IMG/VR virus record: IMGVR_UViG_3300017782_000001
DNA length: 64,000 nt
Direction: 5' to 3' (one strand)
DNA from: a virus
The stretch's first letter is position 1. Every line of letters starts with the position of its first letter. Under the pieces are notes generated by a model that ran no database searches, was not told the DNA's origin, and saw only the letters and a list, made by a program, of their open reading frames with translations. Position numbers and translations under genes: made by a program. Positions 19,226 through 29,586 of this stretch are shown piece by piece.

Positions 19226-19437
19226 TTTGTCATCGCCTTTATGAATTCCATACCAGCTCTCTTAGCTTGATTAAGATTAGAGAACTCATCAAATTTGTCA
19301 CGATCTACATACACAACAAATTTGTTTTTTTCTTTGTGAATCATTAACTCGACTTTTTTAACTTTTTTGTCGAATACATGTTCACCGGGAGGCATGCCTT
19401 TAGACATTTTCTCCCTTAATTCAAGAAACGTCTTCAT
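19222..19437 (-). CDS. small protein, probable prohead core component (gp68 position)
   Basis: 71 aa, coupled to gp21. Confidence 0.65.
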   Translation of the reverse strand: MKTFLELREKMSKGMPPGEHVFDKKVKKVELMIHKEKNKFVVYVDRDKFDEFSNLNQAKRAGMEFIKAMTK

Positions 19438-19744
19438 CAGACTCTTCGTCTTCGATTACTTCTTCTTCATCACCAGTGATTTCAACTTCTTCATCAGACT
19501 CTTCATCTTCTTCAGACTCATCGTCATCATCGTTTTCATCTTCGTCGCTAGGTTCTTCATCTGCGTCCAAAGGTAAATCAAGTTGTTCTTCATCTTCGTC
19601 TCCGTTAAATACAGTTCCGGCTACTTTGATTTTTTCTTGTTCTAAAGCATCAGCCACTTTGGCCATCATTAGCTCATTGAATGTTGCACCAGATTTTGTA
19701 AAATCTTGGTCTCTTACATCCTGAATAAAAGTTGCTATATCCAT
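19421..19744 (-). CDS. acidic prohead core protein (gp67 position)
   Basis: very acidic C-terminus, late promoter upstream. Confidence 0.7.
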   Translation of the reverse strand: MDIATFIQDVRDQDFTKSGATFNELMMAKVADALEQEKIKVAGTVFNGDEDEEQLDLPLDADEEPSDEDENDDDDESEEDEESDEEVEITGDEEEVIEDEESDEDVS

Positions 19745-19768
19745 AATCTATCCTCTCTAATATGATAT

Positions 19769-19776
19769 TATTTATA
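19769..19776 (-). promoter_or_regulatory. late promoter TATAAATA
   Basis: exact consensus. Confidence 0.8.
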
Positions 19777-19781
19777 TAATT

Positions 19782-20003
19782 TTAGTCTTTAAGAAACAAT
19801 CTTTCTTCTATTTTCAAAATATTCTCTTTCAATTCAATTATTCTTTTCTGAGTTGATTTGTGAAGATTTAACCAATACACATTTCCAGTTATAGCGTATT
19901 GATAATCAGCGTTGTCAACAATTTGAGTGAGAGATTTTATTTCATCTTCATAAGGCGCACGAACTGAAAAATTAAACTTCTTCTTCTTCCTCGTCGCTAT
20001 CAT
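19782..20003 (-). CDS. hypothetical protein
   Basis: fills the gap after the portal gene; start uncertain. Confidence 0.4.
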   Translation of the reverse strand: MIATRKKKKFNFSVRAPYEDEIKSLTQIVDNADYQYAITGNVYWLNLHKSTQKRIIELKENILKIEERLFLKD

Positions 20004-21519
20004 CAGGTTGTTCTTGATCTTGCTCAGGCTCAGGTTCCTGTTCTTCACCAGCAGGATTTTCAGCTTCAATTTCTTTAACCATTTGAGCAATTTCGAATTC
20101 ATCAAGATTGAGTACATTTTTATAAATCCATGTTTTACTAAAGAATCCTTCTGGACCTACATAATTGGCCAAGCCATCTAATGTAGTAATTTTTTCTCGC
20201 ATAAGCTCCGCATCGCGCAACTCAGTGAAATGATTATCTCTTATAAATTCAACTTCAAGTTTATTTTTCCAAGAAGTCCAATCTTCTTCAGTAATAATTT
20301 CTTTAAGAATAAGTTGCTTTTTTAGTACATCATAGAATAAATGTGCAAACTTTTTACGGAGTCTTTCAATAAACTTATTGAATTTTAATTCTTCTCGGCT
20401 AATTTCAGTTGCACGCCCAAGAGAAAATGCTTGCTCTTGTTCTAACCTAGATGCTGGAACATTAAGAGATCTATATAATCTCTTTTGAAAGTAAATAACA
20501 TCATCAATTTGTCCTAGGTTTTCCCCGCCTGGTAAAGTCTCAATTTGAGTACCTCTACCACCTTCACGCCTTGGCAACCAGAAATCTTCTAGCATTGACA
20601 TGTGTTTACGATCGTCTTTTAATTGACCAGTGTTTGCATCATATACAAGTTTATTGCGATACCTTGCCATGATGTCTTTCATATATTGTTCTGACTTACC
20701 TCTAGGTAAGTTACCTACATCAATATAAAAAATGCGTCGTTCTGGTGCTCGAGCCAGTCTGTAAATAACTAACGAGTCTTCCATCATACGTAATTGATTA
20801 ATAGGCTTTAATGCTTTATGAAGAAATGAAAGTACCTTTTTTCTATCATCACTCATTACACCTGAAGTGGTATAAGAAATTGCATCTGGAGAAATTTTTA
20901 CGCCGTCTGTTTGTGCCTTAGGCTTTTCTTGAAAGATATAAAATTCTTCAACGTTTTGAATGATAGATGCACCAGTTTTTTCATCTTTCTTTTTCTTAAC
21001 CTGTTTTACTTTACGAATTTTACATGCATCAATAGATCTTATTTCTTGAATGCCTTCCTTAGGATTATTAGGATCTACTATAAGATGATAGTACAACCGG
21101 CCATCAATATACCAGCGCTTGAAAATGTCATGTCCATTTTCATTCATGTTTAGCATTGTAGTAATGCCATGAAATTCTTCTTTAATTTGTTTTTTGATGC
21201 TAGCTGAAACGTCTATTTCGTCAAGTATAATCTCAACAGGATTTCCAGTTTCAGAAGTAATTGATTCATTACAAATATCCTCAATAGCAGCATCAACTTC
21301 TGGGTGATTTGCAACACCTCTATATTTCATTATCAGGGATTGATTGTCGGTTGACTCATCCCCTTCCATATTAATAAATTGACCATAATGACTACCAGAC
21401 GCAGTTACGTATCCAGCACCATCGTCTTCTTGAGGAGGGACAATAGAGTCTAGTTTTTTAGCAGGCTTAGCCCGTTTAATTTCAAACCCAAAAAGATTGA
21501 GTGGTTTGTCCTCAGCCAT
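19972..21519 (-). CDS. gp20: portal vertex protein
   Basis: RAPERRIFYIDVGNLP, EDFWLPRREGGRGT. Confidence 0.99.
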   Translation of the reverse strand: MAEDKPLNLFGFEIKRAKPAKKLDSIVPPQEDDGAGYVTASGSHYGQFINMEGDESTDNQSLIMKYRGVANHPEVDAAIEDICNESITSETGNPVEIILDEIDVSASIKKQIKEEFHGITTMLNMNENGHDIFKRWYIDGRLYYHLIVDPNNPKEGIQEIRSIDACKIRKVKQVKKKKDEKTGASIIQNVEEFYIFQEKPKAQTDGVKISPDAISYTTSGVMSDDRKKVLSFLHKALKPINQLRMMEDSLVIYRLARAPERRIFYIDVGNLPRGKSEQYMKDIMARYRNKLVYDANTGQLKDDRKHMSMLEDFWLPRREGGRGTQIETLPGGENLGQIDDVIYFQKRLYRSLNVPASRLEQEQAFSLGRATEISREELKFNKFIERLRKKFAHLFYDVLKKQLILKEIITEEDWTSWKNKLEVEFIRDNHFTELRDAELMREKITTLDGLANYVGPEGFFSKTWIYKNVLNLDEFEIAQMVKEIEAENPAGEEQEPEPEQDQEQPDDSDEEEEEV

Positions 21520-21544
21520 GATTTCTCCTTACATGATAAAAATC

Positions 21545-21568
21545 GGAAGAGGGCCGAAACCCTCTTCC
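21545..21568 (-). terminator. hairpin/weak terminator between gp19 and gp20
   Basis: GGAAGAGGG-TTTCGG-CCCTCTTCC then GATTTT. Confidence 0.65.
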
Positions 21569-21575
21569 ACACACT

Positions 21576-22103
21576 TTAGCTAGTGGTATTTGATGTCCAG
21601 TACTGAATCTGGAACTCCACTGTAAATTCCTCAATCTGATCATTAGCATCGTATGCCAATTCGATTGCAGAAACATTTGTTGGAAATGCACCTTTGAATT
21701 GATACTCTTTGATTGGGTCACCAGCTTTATTTAGCTGTTCTACAATCATATCTGCTTCATACTCGGCAATGGCCACAAGACCAGTGTTTTCTGTATGGGC
21801 AGCCATACCATTCATCCATCGCTCCATTGCATCTCTAATTGCAAAATCAGTATCGTTAATGATAGTTACTGTCCAAGGTTCGAACGTTCTATCACCAGCC
21901 ATCTGAAGTTGCCTACCGCGGAAAGGAACCACAATAGGCGCAATTGTTGATGCTGGAAGCTGTGCACCTTTACACATAAATGATGTAGCTTCTACATCAC
22001 CGCCAGCGTAACCGGGGAAATTTAATGTCACCTTAAAAAGGTTAGGGCGAGCACCACCTCCGCGGATTTTTGACTTAAAGTCGTCAACTCCTAAAATTGC
22101 CAT
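21576..22103 (-). CDS. gp19: tail tube protein
   Basis: GGARPNLF, FRGR..AGDRTFEPWTVT, FPT.VS. Confidence 0.97.
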   Translation of the reverse strand: MAILGVDDFKSKIRGGGARPNLFKVTLNFPGYAGGDVEATSFMCKGAQLPASTIAPIVVPFRGRQLQMAGDRTFEPWTVTIINDTDFAIRDAMERWMNGMAAHTENTGLVAIAEYEADMIVEQLNKAGDPIKEYQFKGAFPTNVSAIELAYDANDQIEEFTVEFQIQYWTSNTTS

Positions 22104-22116
22104 TTGTTCTCTCCCT

Positions 22117-23838
22117 CTACGCTACGTTACCAGCAATTTCTTCAAAGTCAACACCGGTTCTTACTGCAACAAAGTTCAGAGTAACAAAGTTAATTGAACG
22201 TGCAGGTTTGATAAGGATATTGGCAATGAACTCGTTACGATCAATTACGGCCGCAGTGTTGTTTGTGTCATCACAAATGACTCTAAAGTCTGTGATACCA
22301 CGTCTACCTTTAATTTCTCTTAGGAAAGGTTCAACAATGCCTACAAATTCTGATCTCGTAAATTCATCGTTAAATTCAAACATAACGTTACGAGCAGCAA
22401 TTGCAATAGCTCTTTCAATGACAAGGAACAATCTACGAACGTTAATTCTGTCAAAGGCAGAAGGTCTGTTCATTTTTGTCTTATCACCGAAAAGCAACAA
22501 TCCTTGACCAGGAATATTTGCGATAGGGTTAACACTTTCTCTATACAAAGTATCTCTTTGAGATTTTGTAGGAGAACGGAATGCGTTAACAACCCCAAGG
22601 TATCTGCCTCTCCGCGGGCCCGCTGGTGAGAACCAAGGTGCTGCTACAAAATCTGTGGCAGCCATTAGGCCTGCAGTGGATGATGCCGATGGAATATCAA
22701 TGTATTGATCATTGAATTTATCGTAAATTCTAAAATAGTTGTTATCTACAAATAGGTAGCTTGAGGTTGTGAAACCTTTAGCTGTAGTAACAATTTCAGT
22801 AATAAAGTTTTTGTTAGTAACAGCATTCTTATTAGGTGATGCTACTACAACACAATCTTTACGTGCTTCTGCAATTGAAACCAGATCGTTAACAACTGCA
22901 GTATGATCTGTTCTACCAGCAACGTCTGGAGCAATAATCATATCTACTTGAATATTATCTTTATCCTCAAATTCGTCGAAGCCTCTTAAGATTCTTCCAA
23001 CTTTACCAGCTGTTGCTGATGCCGCACCATTTGCAAGGTTATATGTTTTAACCGCAGGAGCAGCAAGTGCAAAGCTCGTACCAGAATCGGCGTCATCGCC
23101 TGCGTTAGCAGTATCGAATGCCGAATCAAATGTTGACAAAAATACATAACCTGATCTTTGGTTCAATACATCTTTAATGTATATGCTAGAACCATCAGGT
23201 GATTTTGCATTTTGTGCAAGTGATACGAAAGGAAATGTTTCTAGTACATTTCCGACTGTGCCAGTAAATTTGCCGAGTCTATCAATAATTGCTACATGAA
23301 CCTCATCGTGAGTTGAGTTTCTCTTAGTAGCAAATTCTGATGTTGCAGGAGCAGCATCGAAGTTAGCTTTAAGAGTCCAGTTATCAAACGCAGAGTCATT
23401 TGATTGTCTTGGACAAATTTGGATTTGAATTCCGTTACCTAGATCGCCAGGATATTTTGCGATAAAATCAAAACCATCTGATTCTAATTTACCTACTTGG
23501 CCATCAAAGTTTTCTATTGATTTAATTACAGGCGAGGCTGGACCACCAACACCACCGGTGAATGAATTAACACCGTTTGAGTCAATGATTCGCACAACTT
23601 GAAGTGAGTTACCATACTTTAAGAAGTATGCTGCACTGTGAAAGTCGACTGAATTATATGTTTCGGGTGCGCCAAATTCGCTTACAAGAGTTGCCTCATT
23701 GTCAATCTTGCGCGGAGTATGGACAGGACCCCAGCTAAAGTTCCCAACAATCGCACCAGTAGAACTAGATACTGAAGGAACTACACCCGACAGGTCAACT
23801 TCTCTGACTACAATTGAGGGAGATTCTGAAAAAGCCAT
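22117..23838 (-). CDS. gp18: tail sheath protein
   Basis: SP..VREVDL, WFSPAG, AFDRINVRRLF, KPARSINF. Confidence 0.97.
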   Translation of the reverse strand: MAFSESPSIVVREVDLSGVVPSVSSSTGAIVGNFSWGPVHTPRKIDNEATLVSEFGAPETYNSVDFHSAAYFLKYGNSLQVVRIIDSNGVNSFTGGVGGPASPVIKSIENFDGQVGKLESDGFDFIAKYPGDLGNGIQIQICPRQSNDSAFDNWTLKANFDAAPATSEFATKRNSTHDEVHVAIIDRLGKFTGTVGNVLETFPFVSLAQNAKSPDGSSIYIKDVLNQRSGYVFLSTFDSAFDTANAGDDADSGTSFALAAPAVKTYNLANGAASATAGKVGRILRGFDEFEDKDNIQVDMIIAPDVAGRTDHTAVVNDLVSIAEARKDCVVVASPNKNAVTNKNFITEIVTTAKGFTTSSYLFVDNNYFRIYDKFNDQYIDIPSASSTAGLMAATDFVAAPWFSPAGPRRGRYLGVVNAFRSPTKSQRDTLYRESVNPIANIPGQGLLLFGDKTKMNRPSAFDRINVRRLFLVIERAIAIAARNVMFEFNDEFTRSEFVGIVEPFLREIKGRRGITDFRVICDDTNNTAAVIDRNEFIANILIKPARSINFVTLNFVAVRTGVDFEEIAGNVA

Positions 23839-23900
23839 TTGTTTCTTCCTCTCATTTGTTTTATAAGTCTACATAATACGATTTAGATTTCACTTAATTC

Positions 23901-23908
23901 TATTTATA
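23901..23908 (-). promoter_or_regulatory. late promoter TATAAATA
   Basis: exact consensus before gp18. Confidence 0.8.
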
Positions 23909-23911
23909 AAA

Positions 23912-25519
23912 TTAGAAATCTTGGTGGCTTTCATCAATAGACCACGTCTCGCCTCTAATTTCTTGTTCTGTTAGTTCTCTTACTTCGCCATTATCAATAA
24001 AACCAAAAGGCACAATGTCTTCTTCAATTTCTTTCATTCTTTGTTTATAAATCATTTCTTTTAGATTAATATCAGTCATATCCATAAAGTATGCAGTTGT
24101 TGCAAAATAAGCAAACAAAACTATATTCATCATTAAATCATCATGGTTACCATCTTCAGCTTCAAACGATATACCTTTTGCTACAAATGTAGAAATTTCT
24201 TTAATTGTTTCTTCGTCTACGATACTTAGTTTATTATTTTCAAGTAAATCTTTTGCAGCAGAACATCCTAGTCTTTTAACCTTACGGCCCATTTCAATAC
24301 CAAACGCATTTGATTTAACACTAGATTCCGTATGCATATTTTCATATTCTAAATCGTGATACAAACCTGTACAAACAACCATTCCTTGATCGTTATTTTC
24401 AATTACTACATAGGCGTTGTTGTAGGCGACTGCCCATTTATAAATAATATTGGGGAAGAGTAATGGAGAGATAGTGTTATTGCGATATACAGCAACCTGT
24501 GCAAACGGGCGAACGCTAATATCGATCAAATTGAATGTAGAATAGTCCTGACCTCTTCCCTTCGCAACATCTACAACCATAACATAATCGTGTTTTTCAA
24601 TACACTTTTTGTATATTGTTACGTCGCCGTTTTCTTCTATACATAAAGGTCGACTAGCTCTTAGTGATAATAAAGTTTCAGAATTAATAAGAGTATTACC
24701 AGTACCAAAAAACGTATTCCCAAATTCTTGATCGAACTGTACTTGACTGGTATTTGCAATTGTTTGCTCTTTCCAAGTTTGATCACGCCCAGGAACATCC
24801 CACCAATCTACTCGAAACGAAGAAAACTCATTGGTCTCCTGTTGAGAACCTTCCCAAATCTTATGAAATTGATTTCCAAGACCATTTGCAGTAGAAGTAA
24901 TAATCACCTTTGTGTTTTTACCTGATGAAATAACAGGATAAGTTGAAGTATAAAATTCAGAAGCGCGCTCAACAAATGCAAACTCATCAAGATAAAGAAG
25001 ATTAACTGAGAGACCACGAATAGAGCTACCAGTTGTTGCGCTAGCAATAATTCTAGAGTTATTAGAAAAATCTACATTTTGTTTGTTTAGTGCTTTACAC
25101 CCAGGCTGTAAGAAAAAAGGAATATTTTCTAGCATTAAAGTTATACGCGATAGCATTTCTTTTGCTGTCGCACCTTTATTAGCTAATATAGCAATAGTTT
25201 GTTCAGGATTAAATAGTGCATACCAAAGCAAATAAGCACACACTGAAATAGATTTGCCTGATTGTCTACATGCAAGAACAATATTAAATCTATGGTTATC
25301 AAAATGTGAAAACATTTTTTCTTGATACGCGTATGGGACAAAGTCAACCAAGCCTTCATCAAGAGAAATAACTTTTACATATGTTGAAACAAAATATACG
25401 GGATCTTTACTACACTTAACGTATTCTGCAACTTCTTCTTTAGCAAAATTGTGCTCAACGCCATCCCTTTTAACGTTGGGATTACCTAGGTAGTTTTCCG
25501 GACTTAGCGCCTGCGTCAT
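23912..25519 (-). CDS. gp17: terminase large subunit
   Basis: YLGNPN, RQSGKS, LDEFAF, STANG, HDDL. Confidence 0.98.
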   Translation of the reverse strand: MTQALSPENYLGNPNVKRDGVEHNFAKEEVAEYVKCSKDPVYFVSTYVKVISLDEGLVDFVPYAYQEKMFSHFDNHRFNIVLACRQSGKSISVCAYLLWYALFNPEQTIAILANKGATAKEMLSRITLMLENIPFFLQPGCKALNKQNVDFSNNSRIIASATTGSSIRGLSVNLLYLDEFAFVERASEFYTSTYPVISSGKNTKVIITSTANGLGNQFHKIWEGSQQETNEFSSFRVDWWDVPGRDQTWKEQTIANTSQVQFDQEFGNTFFGTGNTLINSETLLSLRASRPLCIEENGDVTIYKKCIEKHDYVMVVDVAKGRGQDYSTFNLIDISVRPFAQVAVYRNNTISPLLFPNIIYKWAVAYNNAYVVIENNDQGMVVCTGLYHDLEYENMHTESSVKSNAFGIEMGRKVKRLGCSAAKDLLENNKLSIVDEETIKEISTFVAKGISFEAEDGNHDDLMMNIVLFAYFATTAYFMDMTDINLKEMIYKQRMKEIEEDIVPFGFIDNGEVRELTEQEIRGETWSIDESHQDF

Positions 25520-25850
25520 GTTCTATCACTTCACCTTTATCTGCATCTTTTAACATTTTCTGTAACTCTGAAGTAGATCCTATAAAGAAATTGTTTTGTT
25601 GGTTTTCAACCTTTTTCTTTTCAGTCTGAGTAAGTTCTTTCATTTTTTTGTTTAGGTCCATCAACTTATCATTAGTATCTGAAACCTGTTTAAGCATTCC
25701 TGCAAGAACTTCAATTGCTCTAGGATGTTCAGTTTCTTCAGCAATTCTTTGAGCTAATTGTAAGCTTTCTTTTCCTTGTTCAATAAGCTCGTAATATGTA
25801 TTTCTTGAATAATCATAATCGCCTTTTACATCGTCATTTGAATCTGTCAT
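25482..25850 (-). CDS. gp16: terminase small subunit
   Basis: DYDYSR, HPRAIEV, FIGSTSELQK. Confidence 0.93.
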   Translation of the reverse strand: MTDSNDDVKGDYDYSRNTYYELIEQGKESLQLAQRIAEETEHPRAIEVLAGMLKQVSDTNDKLMDLNKKMKELTQTEKKKVENQQNNFFIGSTSELQKMLKDADKGEVIEHDAGAKSGKLPR

Positions 25851-26647
25851 TAAATCACCCCGGCATCACTATCTGCCGCTAATATAAATGTTTCTGTAAA
25901 TCCAAAATCGCTATCAGGAGAAACGCTTAGCGGGTTTGGAACTAAATTAATTCTTTCTAGCGGAACATCAGAATCACCTGTTAATCCGCTATTCATAATA
26001 AGTGTGTTAGCATTAACCTCACGAATGATAGAGCCTTCATCAATCTTACCATGAAAGTAAATGTGCATATCAAAGGTTAGTGTATATTGTATTGTACGTC
26101 TTGTTCCTTGCTCACCTTCATAGTCGTCATTAAAGTTTACACCAGTTAATATAATAGGAACGTCTTCTGTTATATTATCAAATTCATTAAATGGTTTAAT
26201 TGTGAGAGTATATTGAGGAGCAAAATAAGGAATAATCTGTTCTACAATTTGCAATGCATCGTCTTGATTTTTTGCGTATATTGTTAAAGCAAAATTCATA
26301 ATATACGGCACACCGCTTCTAAATTTATTTCTTACATTATTAGTACTGCCTGATCTATTTTGATCATTAAGCTTTGGTAGTTGTCTCATCGTGTCATAAG
26401 AAATTCCTTCTATTTCAAAAGAAAGTCTTGGTAGTTTAATAGCAACTTTATCGTTATTAACTAAATCTGCAACTTCTCTTATTCTTTCAAGAAACTTCGC
26501 GCGCGGCCCGTACGAAAGCGGAACTTTCATTTGTGTTGCGCCTTGAGTTGAACTACTTTTTCTGAGTATATAAATGTCGTTAAACATTTTACCAAATGTA
26601 GAAACTGCTTTTTTTATTCTTTCGTGATAAAAATAATTTCCAAACAT
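25850..26647 (-). CDS. gp15: tail sheath stabiliser / completion protein
   Basis: YFYH, VPLSYGP, LPRLSFE, DDALQIVEQIIPYF. Confidence 0.95.
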   Translation of the reverse strand: MFGNYFYHERIKKAVSTFGKMFNDIYILRKSSSTQGATQMKVPLSYGPRAKFLERIREVADLVNNDKVAIKLPRLSFEIEGISYDTMRQLPKLNDQNRSGSTNNVRNKFRSGVPYIMNFALTIYAKNQDDALQIVEQIIPYFAPQYTLTIKPFNEFDNITEDVPIILTGVNFNDDYEGEQGTRRTIQYTLTFDMHIYFHGKIDEGSIIREVNANTLIMNSGLTGDSDVPLERINLVPNPLSVSPDSDFGFTETFILAADSDAGVI

Positions 26648-26913
26648 TATAAACCCTTATAGATTTCTTGTAATTTATCTTCGAACTGTTCAACCTTAGC
26701 TAATCTATTTGGCCAAAGAATATAATCTTTTTCTGGATTCGCTTTGAGATTATTTAACAATGGTGTAATAGCGTTATATAATCTATCAAGTTTGTCTTGA
26801 GAAGTTCTAGCTTCAACTGCAGTATCACCTACAGCTTTTTGTGCATCTTGTACCGCAGTCAGTTCATCTTCATTAACTGCAGTAAAACCGAAATCAAACA
26901 TATCATCATTCAT
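26647..26913 (-). CDS. hypothetical protein
   Basis: 88 aa, coupled between gp14 and gp15. Confidence 0.8.
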   Translation of the reverse strand: MNDDMFDFGFTAVNEDELTAVQDAQKAVGDTAVEARTSQDKLDRLYNAITPLLNNLKANPEKDYILWPNRLAKVEQFEDKLQEIYKGL

Positions 26914-28031
26914 TATTCAGGATCTCCAAACGGGTTATTTTCAGAAAAATCAATAATGTTTGAAGTAAAGTCATCAAAATCTAAATTATCTTCTGTATCT
27001 GATTGATTCATTAATTCAGAAACTGATTTTACACTTGATACCGCAAATGATGTTCCACCAGTTACGTCAATATCTTTAACAAACGTATGGAACTTACCGT
27101 CATTAGCTCCAACGTGTGTAACATAGAGCGCAGCGTCAGAATCAACTTGTTTGACAAGTTCTCCAGTAACTTTAACACCAGAAGCTAATGTTTGTTCAAC
27201 AGTTTCTCCTCTTTCAAATTCTACTGATGCCGGAGCTTCTATAGAAATAGTAGGGGCAGTTGTATAGCCAGTTCCTCCTGAAGATAATGTTAAAGTTGTA
27301 ACTTTACCGCCAGAAACCTGAGCTGTGCCTGTAGCAGTAGTTCCACTATCTGGAGATGAGAACGTAATATCTGGGAATGTTTCTTTATAACCATCACCGC
27401 CGTTTACTAATGAAATCGAGCTGACTACTCCATTTGAATCAATTAAAGATGAAGCAGTTGCAGTTTCAGGTTTTGTGTAAAAAATTACATATTGATATGT
27501 GTTATCAACTTCAATATTATCGATATCAATAACACCTGTGTCAAGATCTTCGCCGCTATATTCGAATAAAGCTGCTCTACATTTGAATGTAGGTATGTTT
27601 GATATTTGATAAAAAGGTTGTTCATTTTCAACGTGATTAATTTCAAACAATGATTTAGAAAGAGGAAGATAAATCAAATCACCTTCTCTTGGTCTTTCAC
27701 CAGTAATGTCATTATCATATTGTACTGCAGTGTGAATAAATCTTTTACGCGAAATAATGAACGTAGCTTCATCTCTAATTTCAACACCAAACTTAGTGAA
27801 CAAATCTCCTTCACCTTCAAAACCTTCAGTGTTTTCAATGTACATTTCTACTTTATACGCAGTGCCATACCTTGAAGCAGGATCTTCATTAAGAATCGTA
27901 TCTTCATTGACAATTTCTCTTGGAATGTAATAAACATCCTGTCCATACATTTTAAGAGATTCAATTACGATATCTTCGTAAAGCCTCTGCTCAGAAGTTA
28001 CCTTCTGACTAAAGTAGCGATTAGTAGCCAT
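26913..28031 (-). CDS. gp14: neck protein with an extra beta-rich insertion
   Basis: YGQDVYYIPR, FTKFG, RPREGDLIY, FSENNPFG. Confidence 0.93.
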   Translation of the reverse strand: MATNRYFSQKVTSEQRLYEDIVIESLKMYGQDVYYIPREIVNEDTILNEDPASRYGTAYKVEMYIENTEGFEGEGDLFTKFGVEIRDEATFIISRKRFIHTAVQYDNDITGERPREGDLIYLPLSKSLFEINHVENEQPFYQISNIPTFKCRAALFEYSGEDLDTGVIDIDNIEVDNTYQYVIFYTKPETATASSLIDSNGVVSSISLVNGGDGYKETFPDITFSSPDSGTTATGTAQVSGGKVTTLTLSSGGTGYTTAPTISIEAPASVEFERGETVEQTLASGVKVTGELVKQVDSDAALYVTHVGANDGKFHTFVKDIDVTGGTSFAVSSVKSVSELMNQSDTEDNLDFDDFTSNIIDFSENNPFGDPE

Positions 28032-28035
28032 TCAA

Positions 28036-28791
28036 TCATCCTATAAAGAAATCTGCTGGAAGCTCTTGCTCTAGCCTAATTCTTTCCATAAGTTTTTCTA
28101 TTTCAGCTGTAGCATCTTCATAAAGCTGACGTCCATTTAACATAACACCACCGGGCAGCTGCATTCCTTCAAACTTAATAAGGTTAGCGCCCCACTGTTG
28201 TTTAATAAGTTGTGTAGTATATTCCTTTAGCCACATGTCGTTATATACACCTGTATGTGTATTAGGATCAACGATTTGATACACTTCTGCAATAACGTAT
28301 TCACCTGCTTTAATATCCTTATCTTCAAAATCTCCATGAATAAGCAATCTATTTTGAAGTCTTGAAAATGTTACCTGAGGTGTTCCGTTTAGCTTCATAT
28401 CCAGCAAAGATAAATACTGTTGCATCTGCTCATAATAACCTAAGTCACCAGCAAAATTTTGCAAATCTGCTATATCATTAAGCATCATTTGATACTTTAA
28501 GCCAAACATATTAGTTGACGAATTTAATGAAGAAGAAATAGGGAAAAGTTTAGATACATATATAATATTGTCTGAAATAGGAATATATTTGTTAGTGACA
28601 TCTGTTGCAGTTACTTGGTGCTTCAAATAAGTTTTAAGTGTTGCGTCTGAATGAAACTCCTGATAAACTTGTAGGGCTTCATCAACGCGGTCTTCAAGTT
28701 GATCTGGATCAACATTAACCTCGATGACAGGATCGCCAAGCTTCCTCAGGCAATAGTCTATCAAACCTTGTCGTGTTGATGGGTTTGCCAT
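28036..28791 (-). CDS. gp13: neck protein
   Basis: YCLRKLG.PVIEVNV, QWGANLIKF, LPGGVMLNG. Confidence 0.95.
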   Translation of the reverse strand: MANPSTRQGLIDYCLRKLGDPVIEVNVDPDQLEDRVDEALQVYQEFHSDATLKTYLKHQVTATDVTNKYIPISDNIIYVSKLFPISSSLNSSTNMFGLKYQMMLNDIADLQNFAGDLGYYEQMQQYLSLLDMKLNGTPQVTFSRLQNRLLIHGDFEDKDIKAGEYVIAEVYQIVDPNTHTGVYNDMWLKEYTTQLIKQQWGANLIKFEGMQLPGGVMLNGRQLYEDATAEIEKLMERIRLEQELPADFFIG

Positions 28792-28801
28792 GATTTTTTC
28801 C

Positions 28802-28830
28802 TGTACAAAATACGTTATCTATGGTACTAT
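28802..28830 (+). promoter_or_regulatory. early promoter TGTACA-N17-TACTAT
   Basis: TGG before -10; predicted +1 falls on ATG 28836. Confidence 0.7.
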
Positions 28831-28835
28831 TTATA
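28828..28835 (-). promoter_or_regulatory. late promoter TATAAATA for gp13 operon
   Basis: exact consensus, overlaps the divergent early promoter. Confidence 0.8.
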
Positions 28836-29246
28836 ATGAAAACAATATTCACCAACGGCTGCTTTGACATCTTACACGCTGGCCACGTAAATTATCTTCA
28901 ACAATCTAGAGCTTTAGGCGATAGGTTAATTGTCGGGCTAAATTCTGATAAAAGCCTGTACAATCTAAAGAATAGATGTTATAATATAGATATAGATCGA
29001 AAACAAGTATTAGAAGCTTTATCTTGTGTAGATGAAGTTATTATTTTCGATGAAGAAACTCCTTGGAATTTAATTAAGGAAGTAAAGCCCGATATCATTA
29101 CTAAAGGTGGTGATTATAACCTAGATCAGGTAGTCGGCAAAGAATTAGCAGAAGTACGTATTATTCCAGCCTTACGCGATAGATCTACTTCTCGACTTAT
29201 ACGAAGGATTAAAGATGGCAACTCAGTTATCTGGCCAAGTGAATAA
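28836..29246 (+). CDS. rfaE2: heptose-1-phosphate adenylyltransferase (HldE domain II-like)
   Basis: FTNGCFDILHAGH, VGLNSD, KGGDY, STS. Confidence 0.92.
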   Translation: MKTIFTNGCFDILHAGHVNYLQQSRALGDRLIVGLNSDKSLYNLKNRCYNIDIDRKQVLEALSCVDEVIIFDEETPWNLIKEVKPDIITKGGDYNLDQVVGKELAEVRIIPALRDRSTSRLIRRIKDGNSVIWPSE

Positions 29247-29586
29247 AGGGTGGGGAAGTGAACTCATTTTTGCCACTAATGATATGTACTGCGGTAAACT
29301 ATTAAGGTTTAACCAGCAAAAAAGCTTTTCAATGCATTTACATAAAGAGAAGCATGAAACTTGGCATATACTTGAAGGGCAATTTAGGCTAGAAACAATC
29401 AATACTATTGATGCTTCTAGAAACATTGAGATTTTAGAAACCGGAGATACAAAAGTTATTCCGCCTATGTTACCACATAAACTAACATGCATTTCTAACG
29501 TTGGTATTATTATTGAAGTCTCGACACCAGATTCAGTCGAGGATAACTATAGAGTTGAACCTGGAGATAGTCAAATTGAGAAGTAA
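29215..29586 (+). CDS. cupin, sugar isomerase-like
   Basis: KGWGSE, SMHLH..KHETW, PH, EVSTP..DNYR. Confidence 0.8.
   Translation: MATQLSGQVNKGWGSELIFATNDMYCGKLLRFNQQKSFSMHLHKEKHETWHILEGQFRLETINTIDASRNIEILETGDTKVIPPMLPHKLTCISNVGIIIEVSTPDSVEDNYRVEPGDSQIEK

Noticed and set aside
2790-25519. Introns, inteins or homing endonucleases in gp43, gp46, uvsW, gp20, gp17
   Set aside because: All are continuous ORFs of ordinary length with no splice or HNH/GIY-YIG/LAGLIDADG motifs seen
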